Source: Vulcanimicrobiota bacterium (GTDB lineage: Bacteria; Vulcanimicrobiota; Vulcanimicrobiia; Vulcanimicrobiales; Vulcanimicrobiaceae). From it: a DNA stretch of 64,000 nucleotides. Position numbers and translations under genes: made by a program. The stretch is from the NCBI GenBank assembly GCA_963714015.1, contig OY970223.1, positions 2,848,001 to 2,912,000 on the forward strand. The letters are read 5' to 3'. Shown here one piece after another: positions 49,457-60,003 of this stretch (its first letter is position 1; every line of letters begins with the position of its first letter). The notes under the pieces were generated by a model, which worked only from the letters and a program-made list of their open reading frames with translations, did not search any database and was not told where the DNA came from.

Positions 49457-51193
49457 TTAAGCGAACTGGGTGGCGTGAAGGCGGGCATAGGCGCCGCCTT
49501 TGGAGAGCAGCGCTTCGTGGGTGCCCATTTCGAGAACTTGTCCCGCTTCAATGTAAAGAATCGTGTTGGCTCGGCGGATGGTCGATAGGCGATGCGCGAT
49601 GATCAGGGTCGTGCGCCCGGGGAGAAGGCGGTCCAAGGCCTGTTCGATCAGGGCCTCGGAGTGGCTGTCCAAAGCGCTCGTCGCCTCGTCCAAAATCAAG
49701 ATTCGAGGATCGCGCAGAATGGCGCGCGCGATCGCGATGCGCTGGCGCTGGCCGCCGGACAGACGGGTTCCTCGCTCTCCCACCTCGGTATCGTAGCCGT
49801 CGGGAAACGCGCTGACGAACTCCTCGGCGTTTGCCTCACGGGCAGCCTGGCGGACCTGGTCGTCCGACGCTTCCAGGCGACCGTAACGGATGTTGTCTAC
49901 GATGCTGCCGCGGAAGAGCTGCGCCTCCTGCGGCACGATGCCGATGGCGGCGCGCAAATCGCTCAGACGAACCTCGGCCAGATCGACTCCGTCGAGCGTT
50001 ATGCGTCCGCGCTGCGGCTCGTAAAAGCGCGGCACGAGATTGACTATCGTGGATTTTCCGGCTCCGGAAGGCCCGACCAGCGCGACGATCTCGCCCGCTT
50101 CGATGTGCACGTCGAAGTCGCGCAGAACCGGTCCCTCGCCGCTCTCATAGGTGAAGTCCACATGTTCGAAAACGATTTGCCCCCTGACGTGCCGGAGGGG
50201 CCGTGCTCCGTGTTTGTCCGGCCGCTCGACCGGCAGGTCGAGCACCTCGTATACACGCCCCGCGCCGACGACTGCGCGCGAGAGATCTCCGACGAACGCC
50301 GCAAAACGGTTCATCGGATTGATCAGATTCGCCAGTAAACCCCAGTACATGAAGAGTTGACCAACATTGATCCGGTGAACGACGACCTCGCGCGTGGAGA
50401 GCCAGATGATCGCGACGATCGCGCTCGACATCAGGACGGAGAGCACGAGCGGCTGCGTCTGGATGAATTGCGTGAGCTTCATGTAGACGTTGAAATACTG
50501 CTCGTTGCGCTCGCGAAAACGCCGCGATTCGTAGTCTTCGCGGCCGAACGCCTTGATGATCCGCTGGCCGGTGAGCGCCTCCGTCAAAGAAGCGGAAAGA
50601 TCCGAGATGCTCTCCTGCGAGCGGACGCTGCTTGCCGCAATCAGGCGCTGAAAACGCGACACGGCGAGCGAGACGATAGGCGCAACGACCACGAGGGAAC
50701 ACGTGAGCAGCCAGTCCAGCTTGATCATCACGATGAGCGACGAGACGAACGTGACGGTGTTATTGACGAGTTGCGGAAGAGAGACCGTGACCGCGTCCGT
50801 CATAATCTGCAGATCGCTGTTGAAACGCGCTATAAGGTCGCCGGGACGCCATTTTGCGAATTCGCCTAATGGGAGGCGCAGAATTCTTTCAAAGAGGCGG
50901 TCGCGCATCCGCGCGACCAAGTGCTGACCGCTCCAGGCCATCAGGTAACTCTGACCATAGGTGGCGAGCGCGCCCGCGATCAGCGCAGCGAAGATAAGAC
51001 CGAGGGTCACGTACAGTGCTTGCAAATCGGGCTGCTTGGCGGCAATGACCCGATTGATGATCTCCCCGAAGCCCCACGGTCCGACCAAGTTGGTAAGGCC
51101 GCCTACCGTTCCCAAGAAAATCGCCAGGGCCAGCGTGGGATAGTATGGCCGAGCGTCTCGCGCTATGCGCTTGACGATTTCCGGCTGAGTCAT
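49457..51193 (-). CDS. ABC exporter, permease + ATPase (MsbA-like)
   Basis: TM domain, GPSGAGKST, LSGGQRQR, ILDEATSALD. Confidence 0.95.
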   Translation of the reverse strand: MTQPEIVKRIARDARPYYPTLALAIFLGTVGGLTNLVGPWGFGEIINRVIAAKQPDLQALYVTLGLIFAALIAGALATYGQSYLMAWSGQHLVARMRDRLFERILRLPLGEFAKWRPGDLIARFNSDLQIMTDAVTVSLPQLVNNTVTFVSSLIVMIKLDWLLTCSLVVVAPIVSLAVSRFQRLIAASSVRSQESISDLSASLTEALTGQRIIKAFGREDYESRRFRERNEQYFNVYMKLTQFIQTQPLVLSVLMSSAIVAIIWLSTREVVVHRINVGQLFMYWGLLANLINPMNRFAAFVGDLSRAVVGAGRVYEVLDLPVERPDKHGARPLRHVRGQIVFEHVDFTYESGEGPVLRDFDVHIEAGEIVALVGPSGAGKSTIVNLVPRFYEPQRGRITLDGVDLAEVRLSDLRAAIGIVPQEAQLFRGSIVDNIRYGRLEASDDQVRQAAREANAEEFVSAFPDGYDTEVGERGTRLSGGQRQRIAIARAILRDPRILILDEATSALDSHSEALIEQALDRLLPGRTTLIIAHRLSTIRRANTILYIEAGQVLEMGTHEALLSKGGAYARLHATQFA

Positions 51194-51281
51194 CGCGCTC
51201 TCGCTTGCGGCCTCCGAGCCCTGAAACCTCTCTGCCCTGCGGCGGTACATGAGGAACAAAGGCATTCCGGAGAAGCGAATC

Positions 51282-51899
51282 GTGGACTGTTACTTCCATT
51301 CAAATGTTCCGTCCGTAGCAAAGTGCGTCGACTGCGGCAAATCCATCTGCGCGACTTGCCGAGACGAGGCCGGCACCTGTCCCAGCTGCCGCCTGGCGGC
51401 CAAGATCGATTCGGCGTCAGGGACTAAGAAGGCGGTGGCAGGCGAAGTTCCGCCGCGATCGCAGCAATGGTGGAATCAAGACGGACAACAGCAATATCAG
51501 CAGTACCAGCAGCCTGCTCCGCAGGCTCGCGCAACGGTAGCCGAAGCCGGCGACTCGCCCGAGTCCCGCGCCCTCGTTGCGCTAGGCTATCCGGTGTGGC
51601 CGCTGGCTTTGCTCTCGCTCTTCGATCGCAAGCAGTCACGCAGTCTGCGCAAGCACGCGTATCAAGCGCTGGGATTCAACTTCGGAATGTACGGGTTCTA
51701 TGCGCTCCTCTCGTTCATCTCGCACCTTCCGTTCATCGGCTGGACTCCGCTCGGCTGGAGCTCCGACATCGTCCTCGCGTTCATGCTGCCGATCTTCATC
51801 GTGCTGAGCGTCTTCTACGGGATCCGCGCTTGGCACGGCGACGAAGTGCGCGTTCCCATCATCAGCGATTGGCTCGACGACCGCATGCCGGCCGCTTAG
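51282..51899 (+). CDS. B-box zinc finger + DUF4870-like membrane protein
   Basis: CYFH...CVDCGKSICATC; HAYQALGFN TM region. Confidence 0.8.
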   Translation: MDCYFHSNVPSVAKCVDCGKSICATCRDEAGTCPSCRLAAKIDSASGTKKAVAGEVPPRSQQWWNQDGQQQYQQYQQPAPQARATVAEAGDSPESRALVALGYPVWPLALLSLFDRKQSRSLRKHAYQALGFNFGMYGFYALLSFISHLPFIGWTPLGWSSDIVLAFMLPIFIVLSVFYGIRAWHGDEVRVPIISDWLDDRMPAA

Positions 51900-51902
51900 G
51901 CG

Positions 51903-53323
51903 CTATCCGTTAAACGACTGATAGCGAGCAAGAAAAGCGCGCGCCGCCGCGCCGTGATCGACAACCGGCGAGGGATAGGAGTCCGCGCAGAAGAGCGGCA
52001 ACTCGATCTGCGCGGTTGCCCCGGAGATGCCCGACGCAATCGCCGCTCCGGGAACGTGCGCGAGTTCCGGAATCCAACGCTTGACGTATGCGCCGCTCGG
52101 ATCGAAGCGGCGCAGTTGTTTCTTGGGATTGTAGATCCGGGGATAAGCCGCTAAGTCCGCGCCGACGCCGGCAATCCATTGCCAGTTGCCGATCGCCAGC
52201 GCGGCGTCGTCCTCGATCAAATAGCGGTCCCACTCCGCGACGCCGGTGCGCCAATCGACTCCCAAATCGAAGCATAGGAATGAAGCGGCAATCGCGCGCA
52301 CTCGAGGGTGCATCCAACCCGTCGCGTGCAACTGACGAATTCCGGCATCGACCAACGGATATCCGGTGCGGCCCGCGCGCCATGCGTCGAGTGCCGGGTG
52401 CGATGCGGCGAAACGAAACTCGCGCATCTTCTCCTGCAGCGCAAGCGTTTCGGTCTCGGGATGATACCACGAGAGCTGCAGAAAGAAATCTCGCAAAGCG
52501 AGCGAGCGTAGAAAAGCTTGAGGGAACCGCGCTCCTCGGCAAGCAGAAACGGGTCGTCGATGCGTTTGCGCGTTTCGCGCACGATCGTTCGAGCGCTAAT
52601 CGTTCCGAACGTGAGGTCGGGCCCCAGGTGAGCTGTGCGATCGTCCGCCGGCAGATTGAGCGCGAAAGCATACTGGAGTCCGTCGCCGGATAAGAACGTT
52701 TCCAGTTTGCGAAGGGATTGCCGTTCGCCGGCGTCTGCGTATCCCGCCGTCGATCCGAAATCGGCGGGCTGCGGAAGCTTCTCGCTCTCGAGTTCGTTCC
52801 CCGCAAAGCGCAGCAACAGCGGAAGCTCGTACGAGGCGGGCTCCAGCGTGCGCCAAAGGTCGTGATACGGCACGAACGATCGATAACCGTCGCCCGCAGA
52901 AGGCCGCGCGGCCGTTGTTTCTTCCGGTGGTATCGCAGGAGTATCGTGCACGACGATCGCGCGCAGCCCCGCTTCCTCCACCGCGGATTGCAGCCTTTGA
53001 TCCGCTTCCATTCCCGCGCGATCGAACGCGGCGCTCCATCCTACCGCTTGCGCGCCGGACGCTCGCGCAAGTTGCTTTATCACCGTGGAAGCGATTCCGC
53101 GGCGAACGATTAAGCGGCTTCCGCGTTCGCGAAGGGAATGGTCGAGCGCCGCAACGGCGGTGCAGTACGCTTGGGCACGACGCGGCGAAGCGGTCATTCG
53201 GTGCTCGAGCGCGCGATCCAAGATCAGGACCGGAAGCACTTCTCCGTGCGCGGCCGCGGCTGCCAAACCTGCGTGATCGCTCAGCCGCAGATCGCGAGTG
53301 AACCGGTGGATCGCAAGCGTCAT
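51903..53323 (-). CDS. DNA photolyase/cryptochrome family protein (frameshift ~52510)
   Basis: RDLRLSDH; GRTGYPLVDAGIRQLHATGWMH; GNWQW. Confidence 0.9.
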
Positions 53324-53658
53324 TACAGCGAATCCACGTATGCCGAAACGTTTCGAACGTCGCTTTTGGTCAGGTGCCCCGGATAGAGCTTCGGCATGGG
53401 AGGGTCGGGATCGGCGACCACCGATTTGATAAAACCAAAGGTCCGGCGACCGCCTTCGTTTTTTAGGGATGGACCGATCGGGCCGCCCACGCCGGCGCTG
53501 CCGTGACAAGCCGCGCATTCGCGCGCAAAGATTTGCCGGCCGCGCGTGAGATTCGCTCCGGAGACGCGCGGCGATGCGACAGCGCGTCCGTCGCCGTGCG
53601 CGCATCCGGCGATCGTCAAGAACGTAAGGAGAACGGCGAGCCGGCGCGGCAGCGACAT
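53323..53658 (-). CDS. Cytochrome c lipoprotein
   Basis: CAACH heme motif and distal Met (PMP). Confidence 0.9.
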   Translation of the reverse strand: MSLPRRLAVLLTFLTIAGCAHGDGRAVASPRVSGANLTRGRQIFARECAACHGSAGVGGPIGPSLKNEGGRRTFGFIKSVVADPDPPMPKLYPGHLTKSDVRNVSAYVDSL

Positions 53659-53709
53659 TCGTCGCGGTTTTGCCAAAAGGGGGCGTTTCTCCCCACTTGG
53701 CGTATCCTG

Positions 53710-54210
53710 GTGTTCGTGCCCGCGCGGAAAGTCTTTATTCGTTTCGCACAGCAGCGCGATGTCGCTCGCGTCATTGCCGAAGGGCTCGTCGGAGGGACTC
53801 CGCCCAAGCGCGAGACCTGGAGCCAGCGCGTCTCACGTTGGCTCGCGGAGCAGCAAGCCGGCCGGCGCGTGGTGCTCCTGGCTGAAGACGAAACCGGAAT
53901 ATTGGGCATGGTACAGCTCGTCTTCGCGTTTCCGCCCGGTTACAACGATCCCGAAGCCGCCAACGGCATGGACGTCGCAATGATGGAGACCCTGCGCACT
54001 CGGGGGGATGCACCCGCCGAAGTCGGGACGCAGCTCGTTACCGAAGTTCAAAAAATCGCCGCCAAACGCAATGTGCGCACACTCACGTTTCTTCTGCCGA
54101 TGAACGCCAACCGCGCGCTTCGTCAAGCCAAGGATTGGGGCTTCGAGGAGTTCCGCATTATGCCCGAGCCGACGAAGATGCTGGCCTTTTTCCGTAAATC
54201 GCTCGACTAA
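53710..54210 (+). CDS. GNAT-fold protein
   Basis: VLLAED..GILGMVQL; VGTQLV; NRALR...WGF. Confidence 0.7.
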   Translation: MFVPARKVFIRFAQQRDVARVIAEGLVGGTPPKRETWSQRVSRWLAEQQAGRRVVLLAEDETGILGMVQLVFAFPPGYNDPEAANGMDVAMMETLRTRGDAPAEVGTQLVTEVQKIAAKRNVRTLTFLLPMNANRALRQAKDWGFEEFRIMPEPTKMLAFFRKSLD

Positions 54211-54246
54211 ATTCCGGACGCCCCGCGATGAACGCGGAGCGTAAAT

Positions 54247-55302
54247 TTACTGAGTCGGACTAACGCCCCCATCCTCCGTCATGCGGAAGGTGAACGCGTC
54301 GTGATACGTGCCGTCGACCGGACGGCCGTCGACAGTCTTCGGTGTGTATTTCGCGCGCATAGCGGCCTGGCAGACGCTGTTGTCCAGGACGGCATAGCCG
54401 GAGGACTGGGTGATGATGCATTTGCTGGGATTGCCCTGTTCGTCGATCATCACTTCGAAGACTGTGGTGCCTTCGGCGCCTTCGTCGTAGGCGATCATCG
54501 CCGGCTGCGGATTGATCGCAGTCTCACCGCCGAGCGGCGTCGCTTCGCGAACGACTTGCTCCGTCTGCGGATGCATCAGGCGAATCGACTCAGCACTTTG
54601 CTGGAACGTCTGCTGCGAGACCTCGCTGACCGAAGTCGTCGTGGTTTTGGCGACGGTGCGCCACGACGGATCGTTGCGGCGCCAGATAGGAATATCAGAC
54701 TTGCGAACGTCGTGCGGCTGCGCCGTGTCCGGGTGTACCGTAATCTCGGCGATTTGGGAGGGCCCTGCATGCGTCTTCGGCGCAGCGGCTAACGCCGGCG
54801 GCGCAGCGAACGGCGCTCGGGCTATTTGCACGACGTTGTGCACCACCATCAACCGGCGAGGCTGCGGCTCTTGGGCGGCAGGCTTGAACTGCACCGATGA
54901 AGGACGGGTTTCCAACGCGAGGTGCGTAACGGCCGCGGTCGCCGCCGTTGAATGCGCCGCGGGCACGACGTGGTGCATCGCGCCGTCGAGGATCGCGATC
55001 CGCAGGCCGAACGCCACTATCGCACAGGCGCTCACTACGCTGAACGCATAACGCCAGTACCGGGCGCGCGCGCTCAAACGCGAGCGAACGATGTCGCCGA
55101 GCGCAGGCTGCCACACTTCGCTGTCGCGAGCCGACGCGACGCGCGCTGCCACGCGTTCGATTTCGTGCTCGCCGCCGAGCGACTCCAGGCACGACCGGCA
55201 GCCGGTAAGGTGCTCGCGATACTCGCGCCGCTCCTCATCGGTAGCCTCCCCTAGGGCTATTGCACCCGCAATCGCTTCGACGCGATCGTGATTACCTTTC
55301 AC
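54247..55302 (-). CDS. Zinc-finger anti-sigma factor fused to a TonB C-terminal domain
   Basis: EHLTGCRSC (HxxxCxxC), TM, SSGYAVLDNSVCQAA. Confidence 0.85.
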   Translation of the reverse strand: MKGNHDRVEAIAGAIALGEATDEERREYREHLTGCRSCLESLGGEHEIERVAARVASARDSEVWQPALGDIVRSRLSARARYWRYAFSVVSACAIVAFGLRIAILDGAMHHVVPAAHSTAATAAVTHLALETRPSSVQFKPAAQEPQPRRLMVVHNVVQIARAPFAAPPALAAAPKTHAGPSQIAEITVHPDTAQPHDVRKSDIPIWRRNDPSWRTVAKTTTTSVSEVSQQTFQQSAESIRLMHPQTEQVVREATPLGGETAINPQPAMIAYDEGAEGTTVFEVMIDEQGNPSKCIITQSSGYAVLDNSVCQAAMRAKYTPKTVDGRPVDGTYHDAFTFRMTEDGGVSPTQ

Positions 55303-55820
55303 TTACTCTCCGACATGACCGCGCGCAGTGTGCGCATGGCGCGACATACGCGCTGGCGCACCGCATCCGCGGTCGTTCCGAGGATCGCCGCCGCTTCTTG
55401 CGACGAATACCCCGCATAGGTGGTCAACATAATGGCAGCGGACTGATCCGGCGGCAGGTTGCGCATGGCCACGTGAAGATCGATCGACGACGCGCTGCGC
55501 TCGTCGATGCGCAGCGCCCGCAGATCTTGATCGCGCTCCAAGGGCAAAAACCGTAGAATCTTCTTCCTCCGCAGGTATGAAATCGCCGTGTTGGTCGCCG
55601 TCTTGTAGAGCCAACCCGGCGTCAGCGGCCGGGCCGGATCCGCTTGCAGCGTCCGGTACGCAGCGAAAAAGACGTCTTGCGATATGTCCAGCGCGACGTC
55701 GGCGTCACCGACCATGCGGCGCACGTAGCGGGCCAGCTTCGTTTGATGTTCGCGAACGAGCATCTCGACTCTGGCATGCGCGCCCTGCGCGTCCGTGGCG
55801 GCGAGGTAGACCTGCTCCAC
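55299..55820 (-). CDS. ECF RNA polymerase sigma factor
   Basis: DISQDVF, WLYKTATN, EAAAILG..AVRQRVCRA. Confidence 0.92.
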   Translation of the reverse strand: MEQVYLAATDAQGAHARVEMLVREHQTKLARYVRRMVGDADVALDISQDVFFAAYRTLQADPARPLTPGWLYKTATNTAISYLRRKKILRFLPLERDQDLRALRIDERSASSIDLHVAMRNLPPDQSAAIMLTTYAGYSSQEAAAILGTTADAVRQRVCRAMRTLRAVMSESK

Positions 55821-55876
55821 TCGTGGCCCCCCTTTGCCATGTAACGCAATTCTTCGGCCCCGTGTGACCCGGCCCC

Positions 55877-56257
55877 CTATTTATGCTTGGCCGGCGCCTT
55901 TTTCTTCATCTTGGCCGCCGCCTCACGCTGTTCGATTTGGAGCAACTGCAGCTGCTGCCACATGAGCAGCTGCTGGAGTTCGGCGGCCCCCGAGGCCATC
56001 TGCGCGTTGAGTTGCGTCGATTGCAGAATGGCCTGAGTCTGAAGGCTGTTCGACTGGGTTTGCAGTTGACTGTTCAAGGTGTTCTGCAGGGTGCTCCGGA
56101 CGATCGCCTGATTGGCGCGGACAGCCGCCGCCGACTCCTGCCGGGCGATTGCGCAACCGGTACAGGGGACAGTCTGGGCGACGGCCGGCTGCCCCGCCGA
56201 CAGGGCGCCCGCCAGGAGAGCGGTTGCCGCGGCAAGGGCGGCTAAGCGGTACATCAT
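55877..56257 (-). CDS. Secreted Gln-rich protein
   Basis: Signal peptide; Gln-rich helix. Confidence 0.7.
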   Translation of the reverse strand: MMYRLAALAAATALLAGALSAGQPAVAQTVPCTGCAIARQESAAAVRANQAIVRSTLQNTLNSQLQTQSNSLQTQAILQSTQLNAQMASGAAELQQLLMWQQLQLLQIEQREAAAKMKKKAPAKHK

Positions 56258-56298
56258 CTTTTAGTATAACACCGCGGCGCTCGCGCGCGTTCCGGCCG

Positions 56299-57315
56299 TC
56301 AGCCGCCGATTTCGCTGAACGCTCGCATCCGCGAAGCGGCTTCGCCCAAGCGCAGATGGTGGCGCTCCGGCTTGATGAGCATCGCGGCGCGGAGCAGCTG
56401 GGCGATCCCCTCCGTCGTCGCCCCCTCACGCAGCGGCGTGCGAAGATCGATCTCGTGGTCGCCGAACAGGCAGAGCCGCAGCCTGCCGTCAGCGGTCAAG
56501 CGAACGCGGTTGCAGCGTTCGCAATAGTCGTGCGATAGCGGGCTGATGACGCCGACGGCTCCCGCTGCGCCCTCGAATGCAAAGTATCGCGCGGGGCCGT
56601 TGCCGCCGGGGCCGTCGCAAGGCCGCAGAACGCCGTTTCTCGCGAGGCGTTCGAGGATTTCATCGGCGCTCACGTACGCTTGACGCTGGACGTCCAAATT
56701 CTCATGTACGGGCATCATCTCGATGAAACGAACGAACACGGGCCGTCGAAGGCTGAAGGCGGCGAAATCCTCGATTTCGTCGTCGTTGCTTTCCCGCATG
56801 ACGACGCAGTTGATCTTCACGGGCGCAAGTCCGCGGTCGATGGCGGCGTCGATGCCGGCAAGGACTCGCTCGAGTCCGGGGCGGCGGGCGATCGATTCAA
56901 ACCGATCCGGGCGCAGCGTATCCAGCGAAACGTTCACTCGCCGCAGCCCCGCGGAAACCAGTTCGTCGATCTGCTCTTCGAGCAGCAGTCCATTCGTCGA
57001 AAGCGAGACGTCCTCGATGCCGGGGGTCGACGCGATGGACTCCACGAGCCGGGCAAGGTTCTTGCGAACGAGCGGCTCGCCGCCGGAGAGCCGAATACTC
57101 CGGACGCCGGCCGACGCGGCCGCTCGAACGATCCGCGCTATTTCCTCGTACGAAAGGATCTGCGACTTCTGGAGCCACGGCAAGCCATTCTCGGGCATGC
57201 AATAGACGCAGCGCAAGTTGCACTTATCCGTCACGGATATGCGCAGGTAGGTAATAGGGCGATTGAACTGGTCCGCAAGCAGCGCAGTGGTCAGATCGAC
57301 GGTCGCTTGGGCCAT
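56299..57315 (-). CDS. moaA: GTP 3',8-cyclase MoaA
   Basis: YLRISVTDKCNLRCVYCM; CERCNRVRLTADG; C-terminal IGG. Confidence 0.97.
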   Translation of the reverse strand: MAQATVDLTTALLADQFNRPITYLRISVTDKCNLRCVYCMPENGLPWLQKSQILSYEEIARIVRAAASAGVRSIRLSGGEPLVRKNLARLVESIASTPGIEDVSLSTNGLLLEEQIDELVSAGLRRVNVSLDTLRPDRFESIARRPGLERVLAGIDAAIDRGLAPVKINCVVMRESNDDEIEDFAAFSLRRPVFVRFIEMMPVHENLDVQRQAYVSADEILERLARNGVLRPCDGPGGNGPARYFAFEGAAGAVGVISPLSHDYCERCNRVRLTADGRLRLCLFGDHEIDLRTPLREGATTEGIAQLLRAAMLIKPERHHLRLGEAASRMRAFSEIGG

Positions 57316-57373
57316 GCTCCCTTCTTTCCCCGCTCCGGGCCCGCGAGACTCCTCGTCTCGCCCAGCCCTGCAG

Positions 57374-58020
57374 CTATCGGCCTGGAAAACGGAGTCCGGG
57401 ATCGGCGTGTTGATTTTGAAGTTGCTGAACGTCGATTTGAGATCGGCGGTGTAATGCGGCACCTCGACGTGGCCGATCTGCTGCGTAACGAGCAGATGTC
57501 CGGCTACGGTACCGTACGTCTGATCCAATGTGGCGTATCCGCCGTCGTTGTAGTTCCAGCGCAGCGAAGTGACTTCCGCCGTCTTGTCGTCCACCTTCGC
57601 GTCGATGTGATCGACACGGCCGTGTTTGCGCGGCACGAGCTTAAAGGTCGTCATTCCGTCCGCATCGCCTTGCGCAGTGACGACGTAAACGTCGTTCCAA
57701 CGGGACGGGCTCTCGACCTCGGGATAAATTTTGCTGAATTGCTTGGCGATGAACGGCAGAGCGCTGGTAAAAACGATCTTGTTCTTGCTCGGTTCCTTGT
57801 GATAATACATCCCGTCGAGCGAGGGACTCAGATACGGAAACGTGCGCATCGCAATATCGGCGTGTATTGCAGCCGTGTAACTCTGCACGCTTTCACTCTG
57901 CGCGACCATGCGCGCCAGCAGCGGCTGAGGTGAAGACGAGGGACTCTGCGCCTGCGCAGTTGCGCCGAGCAGTCCGGCGGCCGCAAGCAAAAGGACGAAG
58001 GATCGAACGCTCCCGGTCAT
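57374..58020 (-). CDS. LolA-like periplasmic protein (end approximate; reads through into moaA in this sequence)
   Basis: Signal peptide; beta-rich; FSNFKINTPIPDSVF C-terminus. Confidence 0.75.
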
Positions 58021-59222
58021 ATCGCGTGTAACGCCCTAACCTCTTCGAACGGTTCCAGCGCTGTCCGAACTTCGTCAAGAACGTCCAAATCGCTCTCCAA
58101 TTCTAACGATTTTCTCAGGAAATCGATTGCCTGAGGCGATCCGATGCGGCCCAATGCCCATGCCGCATGACCTCGCACCATCGCATGCGGATCGGCTGTC
58201 GCGGCACGGATCAATGCGGGCACCGCGGCGCGATCCAGCGCGTTCCCGAGCGCGACCGCCGCGTTCCGGCGCAATACCGCCGCGCCGCGCCAGCCCATCG
58301 ACGTGCGCGCGTACGTTCTTTTGAATTCTCCACTGCGCAACGTCAGCAGCCTCTGCAAATCCGGTGCCGACGTCTGCGATCCCAGCGGTACATCAGCGAC
58401 GCTGCCGGACGTGGAGACGCGGCCGTTCGGCGGGCATGCAAGTTGACAGAGGTCGCAGCCCCAAACCCACAACCCGACGAGCGGCCGAAGCGATCGCGGA
58501 ATGCCGCCCGTGCGCTGCGTCAAATCGGAAATGCAGAGCCCCGCATCGATCGTATAGTCACCACGCAGCGCGCCGGTGGGACATGCGGGAATGCAGCGCG
58601 TGCAGCTTCCGCATGTTTTCCGCAGCGGACGATCGGCCGGAAGCGCCAGCGTCGTCACGATCTCTCCGAGAAATACGAACGATCCCGCTTGCGGAGTGAT
58701 GAGGTTGGTGTGCTTGCCGACCCATCCCAAACCGGCGCGAGCGGCGAAGGCACGTTCGGCCAGCGGTTTGGTGTCGCATGCGATGGCCGTAACACTGGCC
58801 CCGGCCGCGTCGTCGATGCGCTCGGCAACCGAGCGCAGCAGCGCTTTCACGCGGTAATGGTAGTCCAGTGACCAAGCATAGTTGGAAACCCGGCCGTTGC
58901 GCAGATCCTCCGTGCCGGCGCTGGTCCGGTACGGTACCGCGACGGCGATGACCGATCTCGCGCCGGGCAGCAAACTCGACGGCGCGGAAGCTCTCTCGGC
59001 ATATTCGGCGTCGTACGGCCAGGCGGTGAAGTCACCGCGCGAAAACGCTTGCTGCATCGCACCGCGCGCCTCGAAATGCTCGCAGGCGTCCGTTACGCGC
59101 ACTGCGGCGGCGCCGAGATCCATCGCGGTACGGCATGCGAGCGTCTTTATCGCTGCGGGATCACAAGGTCGGCAAAGGTCCATCGCGCACCGGAAAAGCG
59201 GCGTCAATTGCGGCCGCGTCAT
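58017..59222 (-). CDS. queG: tRNA epoxyqueuosine reductase QueG (true start probably ~59165)
   Basis: DYH; ERAFAARAGLGWVGKH; CGSCTRCIPACPTGA; WGCDLCQLACP; HEAT tail. Confidence 0.93.
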   Translation of the reverse strand: MTRPQLTPLFRCAMDLCRPCDPAAIKTLACRTAMDLGAAAVRVTDACEHFEARGAMQQAFSRGDFTAWPYDAEYAERASAPSSLLPGARSVIAVAVPYRTSAGTEDLRNGRVSNYAWSLDYHYRVKALLRSVAERIDDAAGASVTAIACDTKPLAERAFAARAGLGWVGKHTNLITPQAGSFVFLGEIVTTLALPADRPLRKTCGSCTRCIPACPTGALRGDYTIDAGLCISDLTQRTGGIPRSLRPLVGLWVWGCDLCQLACPPNGRVSTSGSVADVPLGSQTSAPDLQRLLTLRSGEFKRTYARTSMGWRGAAVLRRNAAVALGNALDRAAVPALIRAATADPHAMVRGHAAWALGRIGSPQAIDFLRKSLELESDLDVLDEVRTALEPFEEVRALHAI

Positions 59223-60003
59223 CGTCGCCGAGATCCCAACCGCAGGCTCCGGCGTTCTCTTCGACGTGCTCGACGCTCGAAGCTTTCGGAATCGCGAACA
59301 CGTTCGGGCTGCGCGTCAGAAAGTTCAAAATCACTTGGCGCACGGTCTTTTCGTGCTTATGCGCGAGAGCGCCAAGCACTCCCTCCGGCTCCGATTCGTT
59401 TCGCGGAAAGCGGCTGCGGCCGAACGGCGTGTATCCCACGACGGCAATCCCTTCCCGCGCGCAGTAAGGGATCACGCGCGCGTCCGCCGTGCGCTCCTTC
59501 AGATGATAGAGCACTTGATTGCAAGCGAGTTTCTCGGTCCGTAGATGCGACTGTGCCGCCCGAACCTCTTCGACGTCGAAGTTGCTGACCCCGATGAAGC
59601 GCGTCTTTCCATTCGCAACGAGCGTCTCCAGCGCGCGCATCGTTTCCTCGAGCGGATGAGAACTCGGCCAGTGCAGCAGGTACAGGTCCACGTAATCCAA
59701 GCCCATGCGACGGAGCGAACGATCGCAAGCTGACAGCGTCCCGCGATACGATGCGTTGCTCGGCAGCACTTTGGTCGTGACGAAGACGGAATCGCGATCG
59801 ACTCCGCGCAGCGCCTCGCCGACGATCTCCTCCACGCGACCCGAGCCGTACATCTCCGCCGTATCGATGTGCGTCAACCCCAATTCGATACCGCGACGCA
59901 GGGCCCGGATTGCTCGCTGTCTGGCGCCTCCGCTCTCGGGAAGATCCCAAGTTCCTTGTCCGATTTTCGGAAGAGCGACGCCGGTGGGACCGAACGTCTT
60001 CAC
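59161..60003 (-). CDS. Aldo/keto reductase
   Basis: IGQGTW, IDTAEMYG, DLYLLHWP, IGVSNF, IPKAS. Confidence 0.95.
   Translation of the reverse strand: MKTFGPTGVALPKIGQGTWDLPESGGARQRAIRALRRGIELGLTHIDTAEMYGSGRVEEIVGEALRGVDRDSVFVTTKVLPSNASYRGTLSACDRSLRRMGLDYVDLYLLHWPSSHPLEETMRALETLVANGKTRFIGVSNFDVEEVRAAQSHLRTEKLACNQVLYHLKERTADARVIPYCAREGIAVVGYTPFGRSRFPRNESEPEGVLGALAHKHEKTVRQVILNFLTRSPNVFAIPKASSVEHVEENAGACGWDLGDDDAAAIDAAFPVRDGPLPTL

Noticed and set aside
56299..58020. Apparent 573-aa fusion of a secreted LolA-like protein to MoaA
   Set aside because: MoaA has its own RBS and ATG at 57315, a cytoplasmic Fe-S enzyme behind a signal peptide is implausible, and one indel near 57375 would restore a stop.
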